In this document: one piece after another, positions 14,950-31,037 of the stretch
How the letters are laid out: each line of letters starts with the position of its first letter
Numbering within the stretch: position 1 is the first letter of the stretch
Notes under the pieces: model-generated
What the model was told of the DNA's origin: nothing
What the model saw: only the letters and a program-made list of their open reading frames with translations
The model's database searches: none
Assembly: GCF_009914755.1 (NCBI RefSeq)
Contig: NC_060942.1
DNA: 64,000 bases
Origin: the human T2T-CHM13v2.0 reference genome, Homo sapiens
Reading direction: 5' to 3' (one strand)
Made by a program: the position numbers and the translations under genes

Positions 14950-15213
14950 TGTGTCCAGAATTTATTCCTTCTGGTGGGTTCTTGGTCTCACTGACTCCAG
15001 GAATGAAGCCATAGACCCTTGCGGTGAGTGTTATAGCTCTTAAAGCTGGTGGGTCCGGAGTTGTTTGCTCCTCCCACTGGGTTCGTGGTCTTGCTGACTT
15101 CAGGAATGAAGCTGCAGACCCTCACGGTGAGTGTTACAGTTCTCAAAGGTGTCATGGATCCAAAGAGTGAGCAGCAGCACAATTTATTATGAAGAGTGAA
15201 AGAACAAAGCTTC
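14950..15213 (-). mobile_element. LTR12F (ERV9) solo LTR, R/U5 part
   Basis: U5 repeats GGTGGGTTCTTGGTCTCACTGACT...GAATGAAGC...GGTGAGTGTTACAG; minus-strand AATAAA at 15188-15183; TSD ATAA/GTAA at 14946-49 and 21942-45. Confidence 0.85.
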
Positions 15214-15356
15214 TGGGGAGGAGCCAAGATGGCTGAATAGGAACAGCTCCGGTCTACAGCTCCCAGCGTGAGCGATGCAGAAGACAGGTGATTTCTGCAT
15301 TTCCATCTGAGGTACCTGGTTCATCTCACTAGGGAGTGCCAGACAGTGGGCACAGG

Positions 15357-15665
15357 TCAGTGGGTGCATACACCGTGTGTGAGCCGAAGCAGGGCAAGGC
15401 ATTGCCTCACTCGGGAAGTGCAAGGGGTCAGGGAGTTCCCTTTCCTAGTCGAAGAAAGGGGTGACAGACAGCACCTGGAAAATAGGGTCACTCCCACCCG
15501 AATACTGCGCTTTTCCCACGGGCTTAAAACACGCAGCACCAGGAGATTATATCCTGCACCTGGCTTGGAGGGTCCTGCGCCCACGGAGTCTCGCTGATTG
15601 TTAGCACAGCAGTCTGAGATCAAACTGCAAGGTGGCAGTGAGGCTGGGGGAGGGGTGCCCGCCAT
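15357..15665 (-). CDS. L1 antisense ORF0, open for 102 aa
   Basis: MAGTPPPASLPPCSLISDCCANNQRDSVG... matches primate L1 ORF0; Kozak context GCAATGG; expression not shown. Confidence 0.6.
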   Translation of the reverse strand: MAGTPPPASLPPCSLISDCCANNQRDSVGAGPSKPGAGYNLLVLRVLSPWEKRSIRVGVTLFSRCCLSPLSSTRKGNSLTPCTSRVRQCLALLRLTHGVCTH

Positions 15666-16120
15666 TGCCCAGGCTTGCTTAGGTAAACAAAGCAGCGGGG
15701 AAGCTCGAACTGGGTGGAGCCCACCACAACTCAAGGAGGCCTGCCTGCCTCTGTAGGCTCCACCTCTGGAGGCAGGGCACAGACAAACAAAAAGACAGCA
15801 GTAACTTCTGCAGACTTAAATGTCCCTGTCTGACAGCTTTGAAGAGAGCAGTGGTTCTCCCAGCATGCAGCTGGAGATCTGAGAACGGGCAGACTGCCTC
15901 CTCAAGTGGGTCCCTCACCCCTGACCCCAGAGCAGCCTAACTGGGAGGCACCCCCCAGCAGGGGCACACTGACACCTCACAGGGCCAGGTACTCCAACAG
16001 ACCTGCAGCTGAGGGTCCTGTCTGTTAAAAGGAAAACTAACAAACAGAAAGGACATCCACACCAAAAACCCATCTGTACATCACCATCATCAAAGACCTA
16101 AAGTAGATAAAACCACAAAG

Positions 16121-17133
16121 ATGGGGAAAAAACAGAGCAGAAAAACTGGAAACTCTAAAAAGCAGAGCGCCTCTCCTCCTCCAAAGGAACGCAGTTCCTC
16201 ACAAGCAACAGAACAAAGCTGGACGGAGAATAACTTTGAAGAGCTGAGAGAAGAAGGCTTCAGACGATCAAATTACTCCGAGCTACGGGAGGAGATTCAA
16301 ACCAAAGGCAAACAAGTTGAAAACTTTGAAAAAAGTTTAGAAGAATGTATAACTAGAATAACCAATACAGAGAAGTGCTTAAAGGAGCTGATGGAGCTGA
16401 AAGCCAAGGCTCGAGAACTACGTGAAGAATGCAGAAGCCTCAGGAGCCGATGCGATCAACTGGAAGAAAGGGTATCAGCAATGGAAGATGAAGTGAATGA
16501 AATGAAGTGAGAAGGGAAGTTTAGAGAAAAAAGAATAAAAAGAAACGAGCAAAGCCTCCAAGAAATATGGGACTATGTGAAAAGACCAAATCTACGTCTG
16601 ATTGGTGTCCCTGAAAGTGACGGGGAGAATGGAACCAAGTTGGAAAACACTCTGCAGGATATCATCCAGGAGAACTTCCCCAATCTAGCAAGGCAGGCCA
16701 ACATTCAGATTCAGGAAATACAGAGAATGCCACAAAGATACTCCTCGAGAAGAGCAACTCCAAGACACATAATTGTCAGGTTCACCAAAGTTGAAATGAA
16801 GGAAAAAATGTTAAGGGCAGCCAGAGAGAAAGGTCGGGTTACCCACAAAGGGAAGCCCATCAGACTAACAGTGGATCTCTCTGCAGAAACTCTACAAGCC
16901 AGAAGAGAGTGGGGGCCAATATTCAACATTCTTAAAAGAATTTTCAACCCAGAATTTCATATCCAGCCAAACTAAGCTTCATAAGTGAGGGAGAAATAAA
17001 ATACTTTACAGACAAGCAAATGCTGAGAGATTTTGTCACCACCAGGCCTGCCCTAAAAGAGCTCCTGAAGGAAGCACTAAACATGGAAAGGAACAACTGA
17101 TACCAGCCACTGCAAAATCATGCCAAAATGTAA
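16121..17133 (+). pseudogene. L1 ORF1p, disrupted
   Basis: MGKKQSRKTGNSK...; CGA->TGA stop at 16508; frameshifting deletion near 16935. Confidence 0.95.
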
Positions 17134-17204
17134 AGACCATCGAGACTAGGAAGAAACTGCATGTACTAACGAGCAAAATAACCAGCTAACATCATAATGA
17201 CAGG

Positions 17205-21030
<3,826 letters not shown>

Positions 21031-21259
21031 ACAATGAGAACACGTGGACACAGGAAGGGGAACATCACACTCTGGGGACTGTTGTGGGGTGAGGGGAAGG
21101 GGGAGGGATAGCACTGGGAGATATACCTAATGCTAGATGACGAGTTAGTGTGTGCAGCGCACCAGCATGGCACATGTATACATATGTAACTAACCTGCAC
21201 ATTGTGCACATGTATGCTAAAACTTAAAAGTATAATAATAATAAATTAAAAAAAAAAAA

Positions 21260-21655
21260 CTGGCCTTATGAACCTTAGACCAATCTTGAGGGTATAAAAG
21301 GCTTCGCACTGAAGTGGCCATAAAAAAAAAAAAAAAGGAAATTATTAAAGAAAAAGCAGTAGAAATCATGGTGCTGTTTATTATCATTTGAAAAGTATTT
21401 TTTTATTTTGTTCTATTAATATGTATCAATATGAATGATGCACTCAGATCTTGGATAATTAGCACATAACGTAAATAATAAAAATCATTTATCAGACAAA
21501 TTATGCCTTTCTTACACATATTTTTTCTTTTAAAATGTGCTGAAATTTACTTCTTAGAAAAAAATAAAAAAAAATAAAAAATAAATAGTAAAAACAAATT
21601 TTTCAGAAACAAAAAATAAAATAAAAATGAACAATTATGCTAAAAAAAAAAAAAA
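21260..21655 (+). other. L1 3' transduced sequence with an internal and a terminal poly(A)
   Basis: Non-L1 sequence between the L1 poly(A) and the 3' TSD; A15 at 21322-36 and A14 at 21642-55. Confidence 0.9.
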
Positions 21656-21659
21656 GAAA

Positions 21660-21941
21660 AACAAAGCTTCCACAGCATGGAATGGGGACCTGAGCAGGTT
21701 GCCGCTGCTGGCTGGGGGGTGGCCAGCTTTTATTTCCTTATTTGTCCCCACCCACGTCCTGCTGATTGGTCCATTTTACAGAGTGCTGATTCATGCGTTT
21801 ACAATCCTTTATCTACACACAGAGCAGTGATTGGTGCGTTTTTACAGAGTGCTCATTGGTGTGTTTATAATCCTCTAGCTAGACAGAAAAGTTCTCCAAA
21901 TCCCCACTCAACCCAGGACATCCAGCTGGCTTCACCTCTCA
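21660..21941 (-). mobile_element. LTR12F solo LTR, U3/promoter part
   Basis: Minus strand begins TGAGAGGTGAAGCCAGCTGGA; several ATTGG (CCAAT) boxes; resumes exactly at the L1 TSD. Confidence 0.85.
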
Positions 21942-22410
21942 GTAAGGCAAAGTATTATATTAAAATAAAATTGGAGAAACTTTTTTTTTAAACCAACAGA
22001 CCTATACTTCTAGAAACACTAAAAGAAGTCCATCAGCAACACAGTACTGACACCAGATGGACACTCAGATGTGTAGGGAAGAAGAAGGAGCAGCAGACAT
22101 GCCAAATATGTAGGCAAATATTTTTAAATATACATTTTCCTCTCTTAATTTCTTTAAATAATATACAATTGTTGAAAAATATTATAACTCTATATCACAA
22201 TGATTACACACACATCACACAAACAGTGAGAAAGCAGCAACTATTTTGTTTCAACTTATTTTATGTGAAGTAGTATAATGGTAACTTTAAGCAGACTAAT
22301 ATGTTGAAAAGGCACAATGTAATCTCTAGAGCAATATTGAAAAAATGCAAACAGCCATAGCTAAAACATCAATAGATAATTAAAATGGAATGCTAACATT
22401 CATTCAAGGG
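21942..22410 (+). mobile_element. Old L1M ORF1 end and inter-ORF region, right part
   Basis: CCAACAGACCTATACTTCTAGAAACACTAAAAGAAGTCC... continues the 14200-14949 element. Confidence 0.6.
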
Positions 22411-22429
22411 GCACATTTCTAGAAATTAT

Positions 22430-23280
22430 TTGCTCCAACAAGGACCTCCAATCCATTGAGACTCTCAACTACTCACTGACCATCTCCCTCATGTCTCCAC
22501 ATTCCTCATGGTTCATCTAGGATTTTGAGGCTTCTAAAAAATATTTATTCTTTTACACACACCTTCAACACCCTTCTCCCCCACTCTGTCACGGTTTCCT
22601 TGAATGCTAATTCTACTTACTTGATGTCTGTTTCTGAGCAGTTTAAGGTTGAATGCCAACCATTCTGACTTATATCAACCGAAATTTACCACTGCAACTC
22701 AGCAGGGTAAACAAGCCTGCTAATTTTCTCTAGTCAAAGCATTCTCCCAATTTCAGAAAGGACTGTGGTAGTGAGTATTCTCTTTACATTACCAGTACAA
22801 CTTCTTCATTGCATACCTGTAAGAAATGGCCTTGATTTATTTCAACAGGGAAAAAGAAGCAAACAAATGGAATGGTTCATCTTGATACCATTAAATCTCT
22901 TACTCTGACTGTACCCGGAAACCGTGGTTTTCCACTTGTTAGAATGGAATAACGGCCCTGCCTATCTACGGCCAAGCTCTCCAGTTCTGCAGTGAATCAA
23001 AACAGTTCTCATTTTTCTAAAACATTATTCAAGAAATAAACCACAATTGTTTCCTTTATCATTTGTCAGAACGTTCTGACATTGACTTCCATGTTGCCAC
23101 ATTTAGTGGGCAATTTCCTGTCTTCATTCTATTTGATATCAGCAAAATTTGAGGGAGATAGAATGGCCCAATTGTTTAGATGTATACGTGTTGGTTTTTT
23201 CACCTTCTTCTCTAGCCAATCCTGCCTAGAATCCTTGCTAGATTCTCTTCTACAGAAAATTTACCTCTACATATAAATAT
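22430..23280 (+). mobile_element. Degraded L2 (ORF2 region)
   Basis: Pyrimidine-rich L2-like segments such as TGACTTCCATGTTGCCACATTTAGTGGGCAATTTCCTGTCTTCATTCTATTTGA. Confidence 0.5.
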
Positions 23281-23428
23281 CAGATGTAAATAACAGTATA
23301 TTTCTCCAAGGGTCAACAATTTTTTAATAACATAAATCAGTTAAAAGGAGCAGCAGCAAGTCGTCTGAACTTTCAACAAAAATTAAACACAAATGAAAAT
23401 AGTACTATTTTATGTGGGTCTCAATATC

Positions 23429-23709
23429 CTTTTTTTTTTTTTCCTTTTGATACAGAGTCTTGTTCTGTCACCCAGGCTGACTGCAACCTCCCCCTCCCAG
23501 GTTCAAGGGATCCTCCTGCCTCAGCCTCTTGAGTAGCTGGGATTACAGGAGTCCAACACCATGTCAAGCTAATTTTTTGTGTGCTGTTAGTGGAGACGGG
23601 GGTTTCACCATGTTGGCCAGGCTGGTCTCGAACTCCTGAGCTCAAGTGATCCATCCACTTCAGCCTTCCAAAATGCTGGGATGGTAAGCATGAACCACTG
23701 CACCTGGCT
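23429..23709 (-). mobile_element. Alu (AluS-like) with a small internal deletion
   Basis: Poly(T) followed by antisense Alu body. Confidence 0.95.
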
Positions 23710-25603
23710 TCAATCCTTTTAAAATATCATTTTTTTTTAATTCAGCAAATATTCAGACATACCAAAGAATAGAGACACTAAAGGGGGAATATGTCTGACC
23801 TGTCTTTTATCTTACGCTGAGCAGAAAAGTCTCAGGGCCTGCAGAAATTTCATTCAGGACAGAATGAATGTTTCCTCCACTAAGTTAGGTTGAAAGTAAA
23901 GTTTGAGACAAATAAATGTGTGTGATTATTATAGTCTACAAGCTATGCTTGTTCAATATGAACAACTGCATTCATTGGCTTTGGAGGGCTGATCTTTCAG
24001 TCTGTCCAAGATGTGAAATATTAGCATGCAGAAAGGGCCCTTTCTGATTTAAATCTGAGAAAGAAAGACTGTCTCCTCTAAGAAATCTTTTGCTATTTTA
24101 GCTACATCAACGGTAACTGAAGTTGATGCTTTAGATGGCATGTAGGTTGCATTTGCTTCAGTCTTTGGGATAGGAAGGGTTCTAGTCTGAAAGGAAAGTG
24201 TAAGTGGGAGAAAACTGAGAGCCATGTTCTGAGAGCACTTACACTTGTAATCGTGGGTTTCTGGAAAAGTGGAACTCTAACAGGGATTGGGAAGTAGGTT
24301 AGTAGTAGAGAGGGGTCCAGAAAGCTTCCTTAGACTCTGGGAGAATCTTTTACTACATCAAAACTGCAAAATTAAATGGACGTAGAAAGCCATTATATCT
24401 CTGCTATATACTTTAAAAAGCTCCACAACTAATTAGAAAAAGTTGGCTATGGTTGGTTATTAAAGAATAACTCTAGTTATTTTTTTACATTCTATTCACT
24501 ATTTTCTTCTCAGTCTCAGGTTATACTGTCAATTGCTTATCAGAATCTTTATGAAGAAGGCATCTTTGCAAAATCATTTTATTCTGAGACTTTATTTTAA
24601 AAATATGACAATACAAATATCATCCTTTAAAAGTCTTCCCTCTAGCCTCCAAAAGCATTACCCATATGAGGTATACAAAGTCTTGTACAACACATTATAA
24701 TGTCACTACAATTCTTCCTATTTATTCCCAAATGAGGAACATTAGCAATGACATTAAGAACCAGATGAGAAAGAAATCAAACTTCAGAAGACAGAGAACA
24801 GAGCATACGCTCATATCTCTTGTGGATGAAGCTATGTTTATATCAATGATAGTGAATTTCAGAATGTACTGTCCTGAATTTTGCAAGCTGAACAAAGACA
24901 TATTGTAAAACAAGATCAAGCTTTGTGGTAGAATTGTGAACTGCTAGGAATCAATAAGAGGAGAAAGTTCATGTTGCCACACCCCAGTCAGAAATGAAGT
25001 GGAAATACAAGAAACCATGCCAAAGGTAGGCGGCTTTGCAAACAAACCACAAGTACTGACTCCATGAGCAGCTTAGTCCCTAGGCGCAGATATTTGCTTT
25101 TTTGAACAGCTGTTTATTGTAGAACTTGACTGTTCTACAATCAAATTTTTCTCAAGGAAACACAGAGTTATTACAGATCTTGAATATATTGTTCAGAAGT
25201 CACAGTGAAAATGTAAAATCAAGAGTACTCTCTGAAATACCACTAAGACAGAGTGATTTCTGATACATTCATTCCCAAAACAGTTCAAGTCTCTTGTCTA
25301 TCTGATATATGACAGGCATAGGCTTTGCTATAAAAACTGCAAGGACAAATGAAACTAGCTCTTGCGGTCAGATTGCCTACTTTCTAAATGAAAGAAACTC
25401 AGGTCAATTCACATTTTAATATGTTTTTGTAAAAGGCATAAATGGTATATGCACAGGGCTTTTTATGAGGAACATAGAAGAGAGAATTAACCATGTCTAA
25501 CTGGTAGGAAGCACTGAAAGTCACCTCTAGTACAATATTTCTCCACACAAACAGGTTTAATAAAAGTGTATGTTTTAAGGCATAATAAGAAACTGTAGCA
25601 TTG

Positions 25604-25930
25604 TGGTTGGGCATAATGGCTCACGCCTATAATCCCAGCACTTTGGGAAACTGAGGTGGGAGAATTGCTTGTGTCTAGGAGTTTGACACCAGCCTGGGCA
25701 ACATAGAAAGACCCAATCTCTACAAATAATCATAATAATAACTGTTCTAGGCATGTGGCACATGCTTGTAGTCTCAGCTATTTGGGAGGCTGAGGCAGGA
25801 GGCTTGCTTGAGCCCAGGGGTTTGAGGCTGCAGTGAGCCGTGATCATGCCACTGCACTCAGCCTGGACCACAGAGTGAGACACTGTCTCTAAATAAATAA
25901 ATAAATAAATGAATAAACAAACAAATAAAA
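25604..25930 (+). mobile_element. AluJ with (TAAA)n tail
   Basis: TTGCTTGAGCCCAGG and GAGGCTGCAGTGAGCCGTGATC are J-type diagnostics. Confidence 0.9.
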
Positions 25931-27204
25931 CTTAAACATTGCTTTGCTACTTATAAGATAAATGGGGTAGCTGAGGCCCTCCTCCAGGGTGGGATCATGC
26001 CAGCTGGTGCACTGGAAGGCTCATAGTGCTTGTTCACATATCTGATTCCCAGAGCTCTGTGACAGATCCTGAGCCATTTTCTCTGGGTGGGTAGAGGAGA
26101 GTTGGTTAAACCCTTCCAGCCAGCTTACCAAAGCAAAGGTGCCAGATAAATACATACTATGCTAGTTTAGTTTAATTAATTTATCTTACCATAGCATTTT
26201 ATTTATGTATTTATTTTAGGATGGTGGTTTATAGGAGAAACCTAATAACATAAAGGCACTTGTGACTCAGGAGAGAGGGCCCCACAGGTTGTTGGAAATA
26301 TTACCTGAGCAGTGCAGGAGTATCTTGTGAGTAGCCTGTGCTGTAGGGTCTGCAGCCAGAAAGAGAAATAGGAAAATCTAAGGGAAAGTAGAACACTGTG
26401 TCAAATGCTTATAAGATCTCCAAAGCAAGGACATGATGGTGGAGAGGAGGGTGGCATTGAAACACTCCCAGAACATGTACTATATGATTCTACTACATTT
26501 TAAAATTCACTCATCAACTTATGCCTTTGCCTTTTCTTTCCTACTAGATGTGAGTCCCTGGAAGGCAGGGCCCTGCTCTAATCTAGCTGTCTTTTCACAG
26601 CAAAAGCAGGCAATGGAGGAATCAGAGAAGGCAAATGAAGGGCAAAGGCTCCCATGCCTTGATGAGGACAATAGATTGGTCACAGTTTGACTGATGCCTG
26701 GCCACTGCAGGTAAATGAATCAAATGCATACACAGCACACGGATTATAGCTACACACATAGCTCACAGGTTATCTGTGGCTGATCAAACTAGTGTGCAAA
26801 ACTCATGGAACGCACCCAAAATCCTGAATCATACATTCACAAAATTGGGGAAAAGCTGCAAGATGAAACTTAAAGAAGTTTATTTTGGATTACAGTATAT
26901 ATTTCTGATATGCTCAGTTAGTATAAACCATTATAAACAGAATGGCAGAAAATAATAGGGTGACACTTGCAAATAAATGAAATGCATGATCTTGAAATCG
27001 AATAGACTAAGCTTTAACATGCATTGTCTTGCAGGCCCTGTGACCTCAACTCATTTAACCAAAGCCTCACTCATTTCATCTAACAACTAGAGATGGTAAT
27101 TTCACTTAGCACAAACTCTCCCACAAGTTAAGATTTGATAAATCTTGACCATTATGTTTTTTTCAGTGAGTTGTATATGAAAATATTTCACTGTGTGCTT
27201 TTAA

Positions 27205-27728
27205 AATAATATTTATTTTTGTTTGTAATTGACAGATGATAATTGTACATATTATTGGTGGACTATGTTATGTTTCAATACATGGATACATTGTGCAATG
27301 ATCAAATCAGGGTAATTAACATATCCATCACTTCGAACACTTTTTTTTTTTTTTATGAGACACAGTTTCACTCTACCTTCTGGGCTGGAGAGCAGGGTGC
27401 AATCTTGGCTCACTGCAACCTCTGCCTCCCGGATTCAAGTGATTCTCATGCCTCAGCCTCCTAAGTAGCTGGGAATACAGTCGAGCACCACCACGCCAGG
27501 CTAATTTTTGTATTTTTAGTAGAGACGGGATTTCACCATTTTGGCCAGGCTGGTCTCGAACTCCTGACCTCAAGTGATCTGCCCGTCTTGGCATCCCAAA
27601 GTACTGGGATTACAGGCATGAGCCACCGCGCCTTTCCGCCTGTCATTATATTTTTTGTGATTAGAACATTTAAAGTCCTCTCTTCTACTTACTTTGAAAT
27701 ATGCAATATACATTATTATTAACTATAT
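27205..27728 (-). mobile_element. L1MA-type 3' end, interrupted by an Alu
   Basis: AATGATCAAATCAGGGTAATTAACATATCCATCAC ... ATTATTAACTATA. Confidence 0.7.
27341..27636 (-). mobile_element. AluSx-like
   Basis: Full antisense Alu dimer. Confidence 0.95.
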
Positions 27729-29051
27729 GCTTTTAAGAATGAAAACACAAGTTATGCTCCTTAGCTTACAAAACAATTTTGAAAAGTAAGGAATATTCAT
27801 GAGAAAATTAATCTAGGAGACATCAAAAATATATATTGTCTATGTATGTATGTGTGTCTTTGTGTGTATGTGTTTTACTCTATGTATATTAGAAATAAAA
27901 AGAATTTTTTTGTATATGCAGCCATAAGAATAAAACTATCACTGCAAAATGCAGGAAGTGTAAAGAAGAAAATAAAAATTAAATCTATCCTTGAAAAATG
28001 TGCAGCAAACTTTACAGACTCCCGAGATACCGTGGTGCCTAAGAGACTAAGAATCCTCCAATTTTTCTGTCCAGATTGGGATAACTTGAAAATAATGCCA
28101 AAGCATATTCAGAATTAGTTGTAGAAGGGGCCCGGATATTCCCTAGTATAGAAGTCAAGACTATATTGAAAGGCATTTAATTGGTGGTAGCTGAGAGTTC
28201 ACCTCTATCAGAATATTCAAAGCAAATGATGATTTCTGGCCCCTACTTAAGAGCAGAAATCAAATATAGAAAGAATGAAGATACTTTGGCATAATGGGAG
28301 CTGGTTAATGCAACAGGATGTGACAGTGGTTCCTGACTTGCACAATCTTTAGATACACCACTTGCACTTGCTGAGCTTGTGATGAAACACCTTCTGTGTT
28401 TTTATCATATTCAATTTTATTTTCCTGTATCAAGTGTTTTTCACACCTGTTTTCTTGAAGGATTTGAATACCATTTCACAGAGAAAAACTAATGACCATG
28501 AAGTTGATGTTGACATTTTTACAAATGTATTAGTATTTCAAAACACAACATTATAATAAATATTATATTCAAAATATGTCCAGATTACATATACTATAAA
28601 CATTTGCTACATTCAAGAAATCAAAGTGTAGCTGATGCACATGAAAAATAAAATTTCATGTTCATTTTTAGAAAACTTTTAGAAATTGATATTTATTTTA
28701 ATATTTCTAGTCGTACAATAAAATTATTTATAAGATTTGTCTCTCAATCCAATCATCAGTCTGTGTGATTTCTGAGCAAAATCTCATATTGGAAAATGTG
28801 TGGCATTCATGTTACCTTTTTTGTAGAATTCTTCTTCTGTTTTGTGTGTTTCTAGTCCACCTTTCCAGCTTCTCCAAGGTCTCAAATTACTTCTGATTCA
28901 GCTGGACAGTATAATTTGGATTTCAATTCCATTTCCTCTTATCAACATTTAAATGAGGTAAACAAAAGAGACGTCACTGTTTATCTGACAGTTTGTAATT
29001 TAAATATCATTTATTACTTTTGGTTGGGATTTGTATTTTTTTCTAGAATAT

Positions 29052-29130
29052 ATATCAAATGTCAAATCAACGTCATTTCAATCCATAGAATTATTTTAAA
29101 ACTTTATACATGTTTTCACTGCATGGAATC
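29052..29130 (+). repeat. 79-bp dispersed direct repeat, copy 1
   Basis: Ungapped match to 30959-31037 with 6 mismatches. Confidence 0.92.
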
Positions 29131-29236
29131 TCAAGAACCATTAGTTTAACTTCCTCTATTTACAGCTTAAAAAAATGAAGTTGATGGAGGTTATACTATT
29201 TGCCCAATAGTTAGCTGACATAAGAATTAGAAAAAA

Positions 29237-29537
29237 GGCCAGGTGCGGTGGCTCACACTTGCAATCCTGGCACTTTGGGAGGCCGAGTTGGCTGGATCAC
29301 TTGAAGTTAGGAGTTTGAGAACAGCTTGGCCAACATGTTGAAACCCCGTTTCCACTAAAAATACAAAAATTAGCTGGATGTGGTGGTGCTGCCTATAATT
29401 CCAGCTACTCAGGCGGCTGAGGCAGGGGAATCGCTTTAACCCAGGAGGCAGAGTTTGCAGTGAGCCAAGATCTCACCACTGCACACCAGACTAGGTGACA
29501 GAGTGAGACTCTGCCAAAAAAAAAAAAAAAAAAAAAA
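29237..29537 (+). mobile_element. AluSx-like, inserted in a MIR-like remnant (~29120-29235)
   Basis: Full Alu dimer with a long A tail. Confidence 0.95.
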
Positions 29538-30958
29538 GACAAAAGAAGACCCATATATTGAGTTAATCTATTCACCAGTCAGTTGGCAAATATGGATAAC
29601 CTAGCAAAATTATTCAAGTTTCTCATCTTATTCTGTGAAACATTTCTGCATTTGCTAACTTTAAACTCTAGGTGCATTTTCATCTTGGCTGTTTTTCCCT
29701 ATATTTAAAACCAGACTTCTGGCACTAACTTAGACAATAGCCAGGACAACTGAAAAGGGTGGACAGAAAGCAGAGGCTGTAACTCAGAGACTGGAAATGT
29801 ATATCTCAGGGGGTTTGTGAGGAAATTCTCCCACCCACACTGTACTGAATGTGTTTTCACATCATTCTTCAATCATCAGTTTTGCTACATCGTTCTTCTT
29901 AAACTAGCATAGAGTTATTAACATTTTTCTATTTGGACTTTTTTTTTCCAATCCATATATTATATTTTGCACTGATAGAAAATGATAACTATGGAACATG
30001 CCTATAAGCAATGTAATGATGGGTTCATGCTCATCTTCCTAACATTCTATTGCTTGACTATTTTGTTTTCCATCTTGTGATGAACACTTCCCTTATTTTG
30101 AAATGTTGCTTGGAAAATTATTCATATCTCAAGGCTATGACCGCAGAGTACAAAGGCCAATTTGTTTCAAAATGCCATTTTTGTGATCCAAACCCTTTAT
30201 GTTTCCAAATCAGCAACTAGGGAACATTAGGCTCATTCAGGTCCAGTTCACAAAAGTCAGCCTCCTAAAAGGCTGCTTTGTGCTCTGCTTTTATGAATTA
30301 CATGCCTAGTAATATTACTTTCTGCAAACTCATATGCCATATGTGTGTTGTTGTTTCCTCCTACTAATTTCTTACAAGTATAAAAAGTGATTTTTTCTTG
30401 CCTATTCTGACAGTAATTATTATTATTTTTTATTAAGTTAAAAAGGAGTCAATATTCCTTATAGAAACAAATATCACAAGAGCCAGTATGAGCACACTTC
30501 TTCCATCCATAACGTGTGAAATCGGAACCCCTTCTTGAGTAGGATTCTTAGACACTTACCATTCAACAATGGCAGAACTCAAGTTCATTTTATTGTGGAA
30601 TATAAAATAAAACAGGATGTTTGTTGCTTCAGTTTCTAAAATGGAAAATTCTCCAGTAGCCACATATGAAGACTAATAATTTGTGACTGATTTTATAATG
30701 CTCTTTACCCAGTGCAATAAGAGCATAAGGTTCCCCAATTAAAGGCTCAAATTTAACAGAAAGATTATGTTTTCTGATTTTGAGAAAATGAACTAAGAAG
30801 CATAAGTTAATTTTGAAAAAATATTGATTAATACTAGTATATACAATGTTTAGCTACAAAGGAGTAATATAACAAGGAATAAATATGTTTATTTAAGAGA
30901 AAAAATATAGCAATGAAAATAGTGCTTGTGATGACCATAAACTCCTTAATTATTCCTC

Positions 30959-31037
30959 ATATCAAATGTCAAATCAACATCATTTCAATCTATAGAATTA
31001 TTTTAAAACTTTATAAATGTTTTCACTAGATAGAATC
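30959..31037 (+). repeat. 79-bp dispersed direct repeat, copy 2
   Basis: Ungapped match to 29052-29130. Confidence 0.92.

Noticed and set aside
14950-15150. Spaced direct repeats resembling an array
   Set aside because: Normal LTR12 U5 repeats; not CRISPR
21260-21321. CCAAT plus TATAAAA read as a mini-promoter or small RNA insert
   Set aside because: The CCAAT-TATA spacing is too short, TATAAA fits better as a poly(A) signal 23 nt before the A15, and I recognise no snRNA, tRNA or mtDNA match
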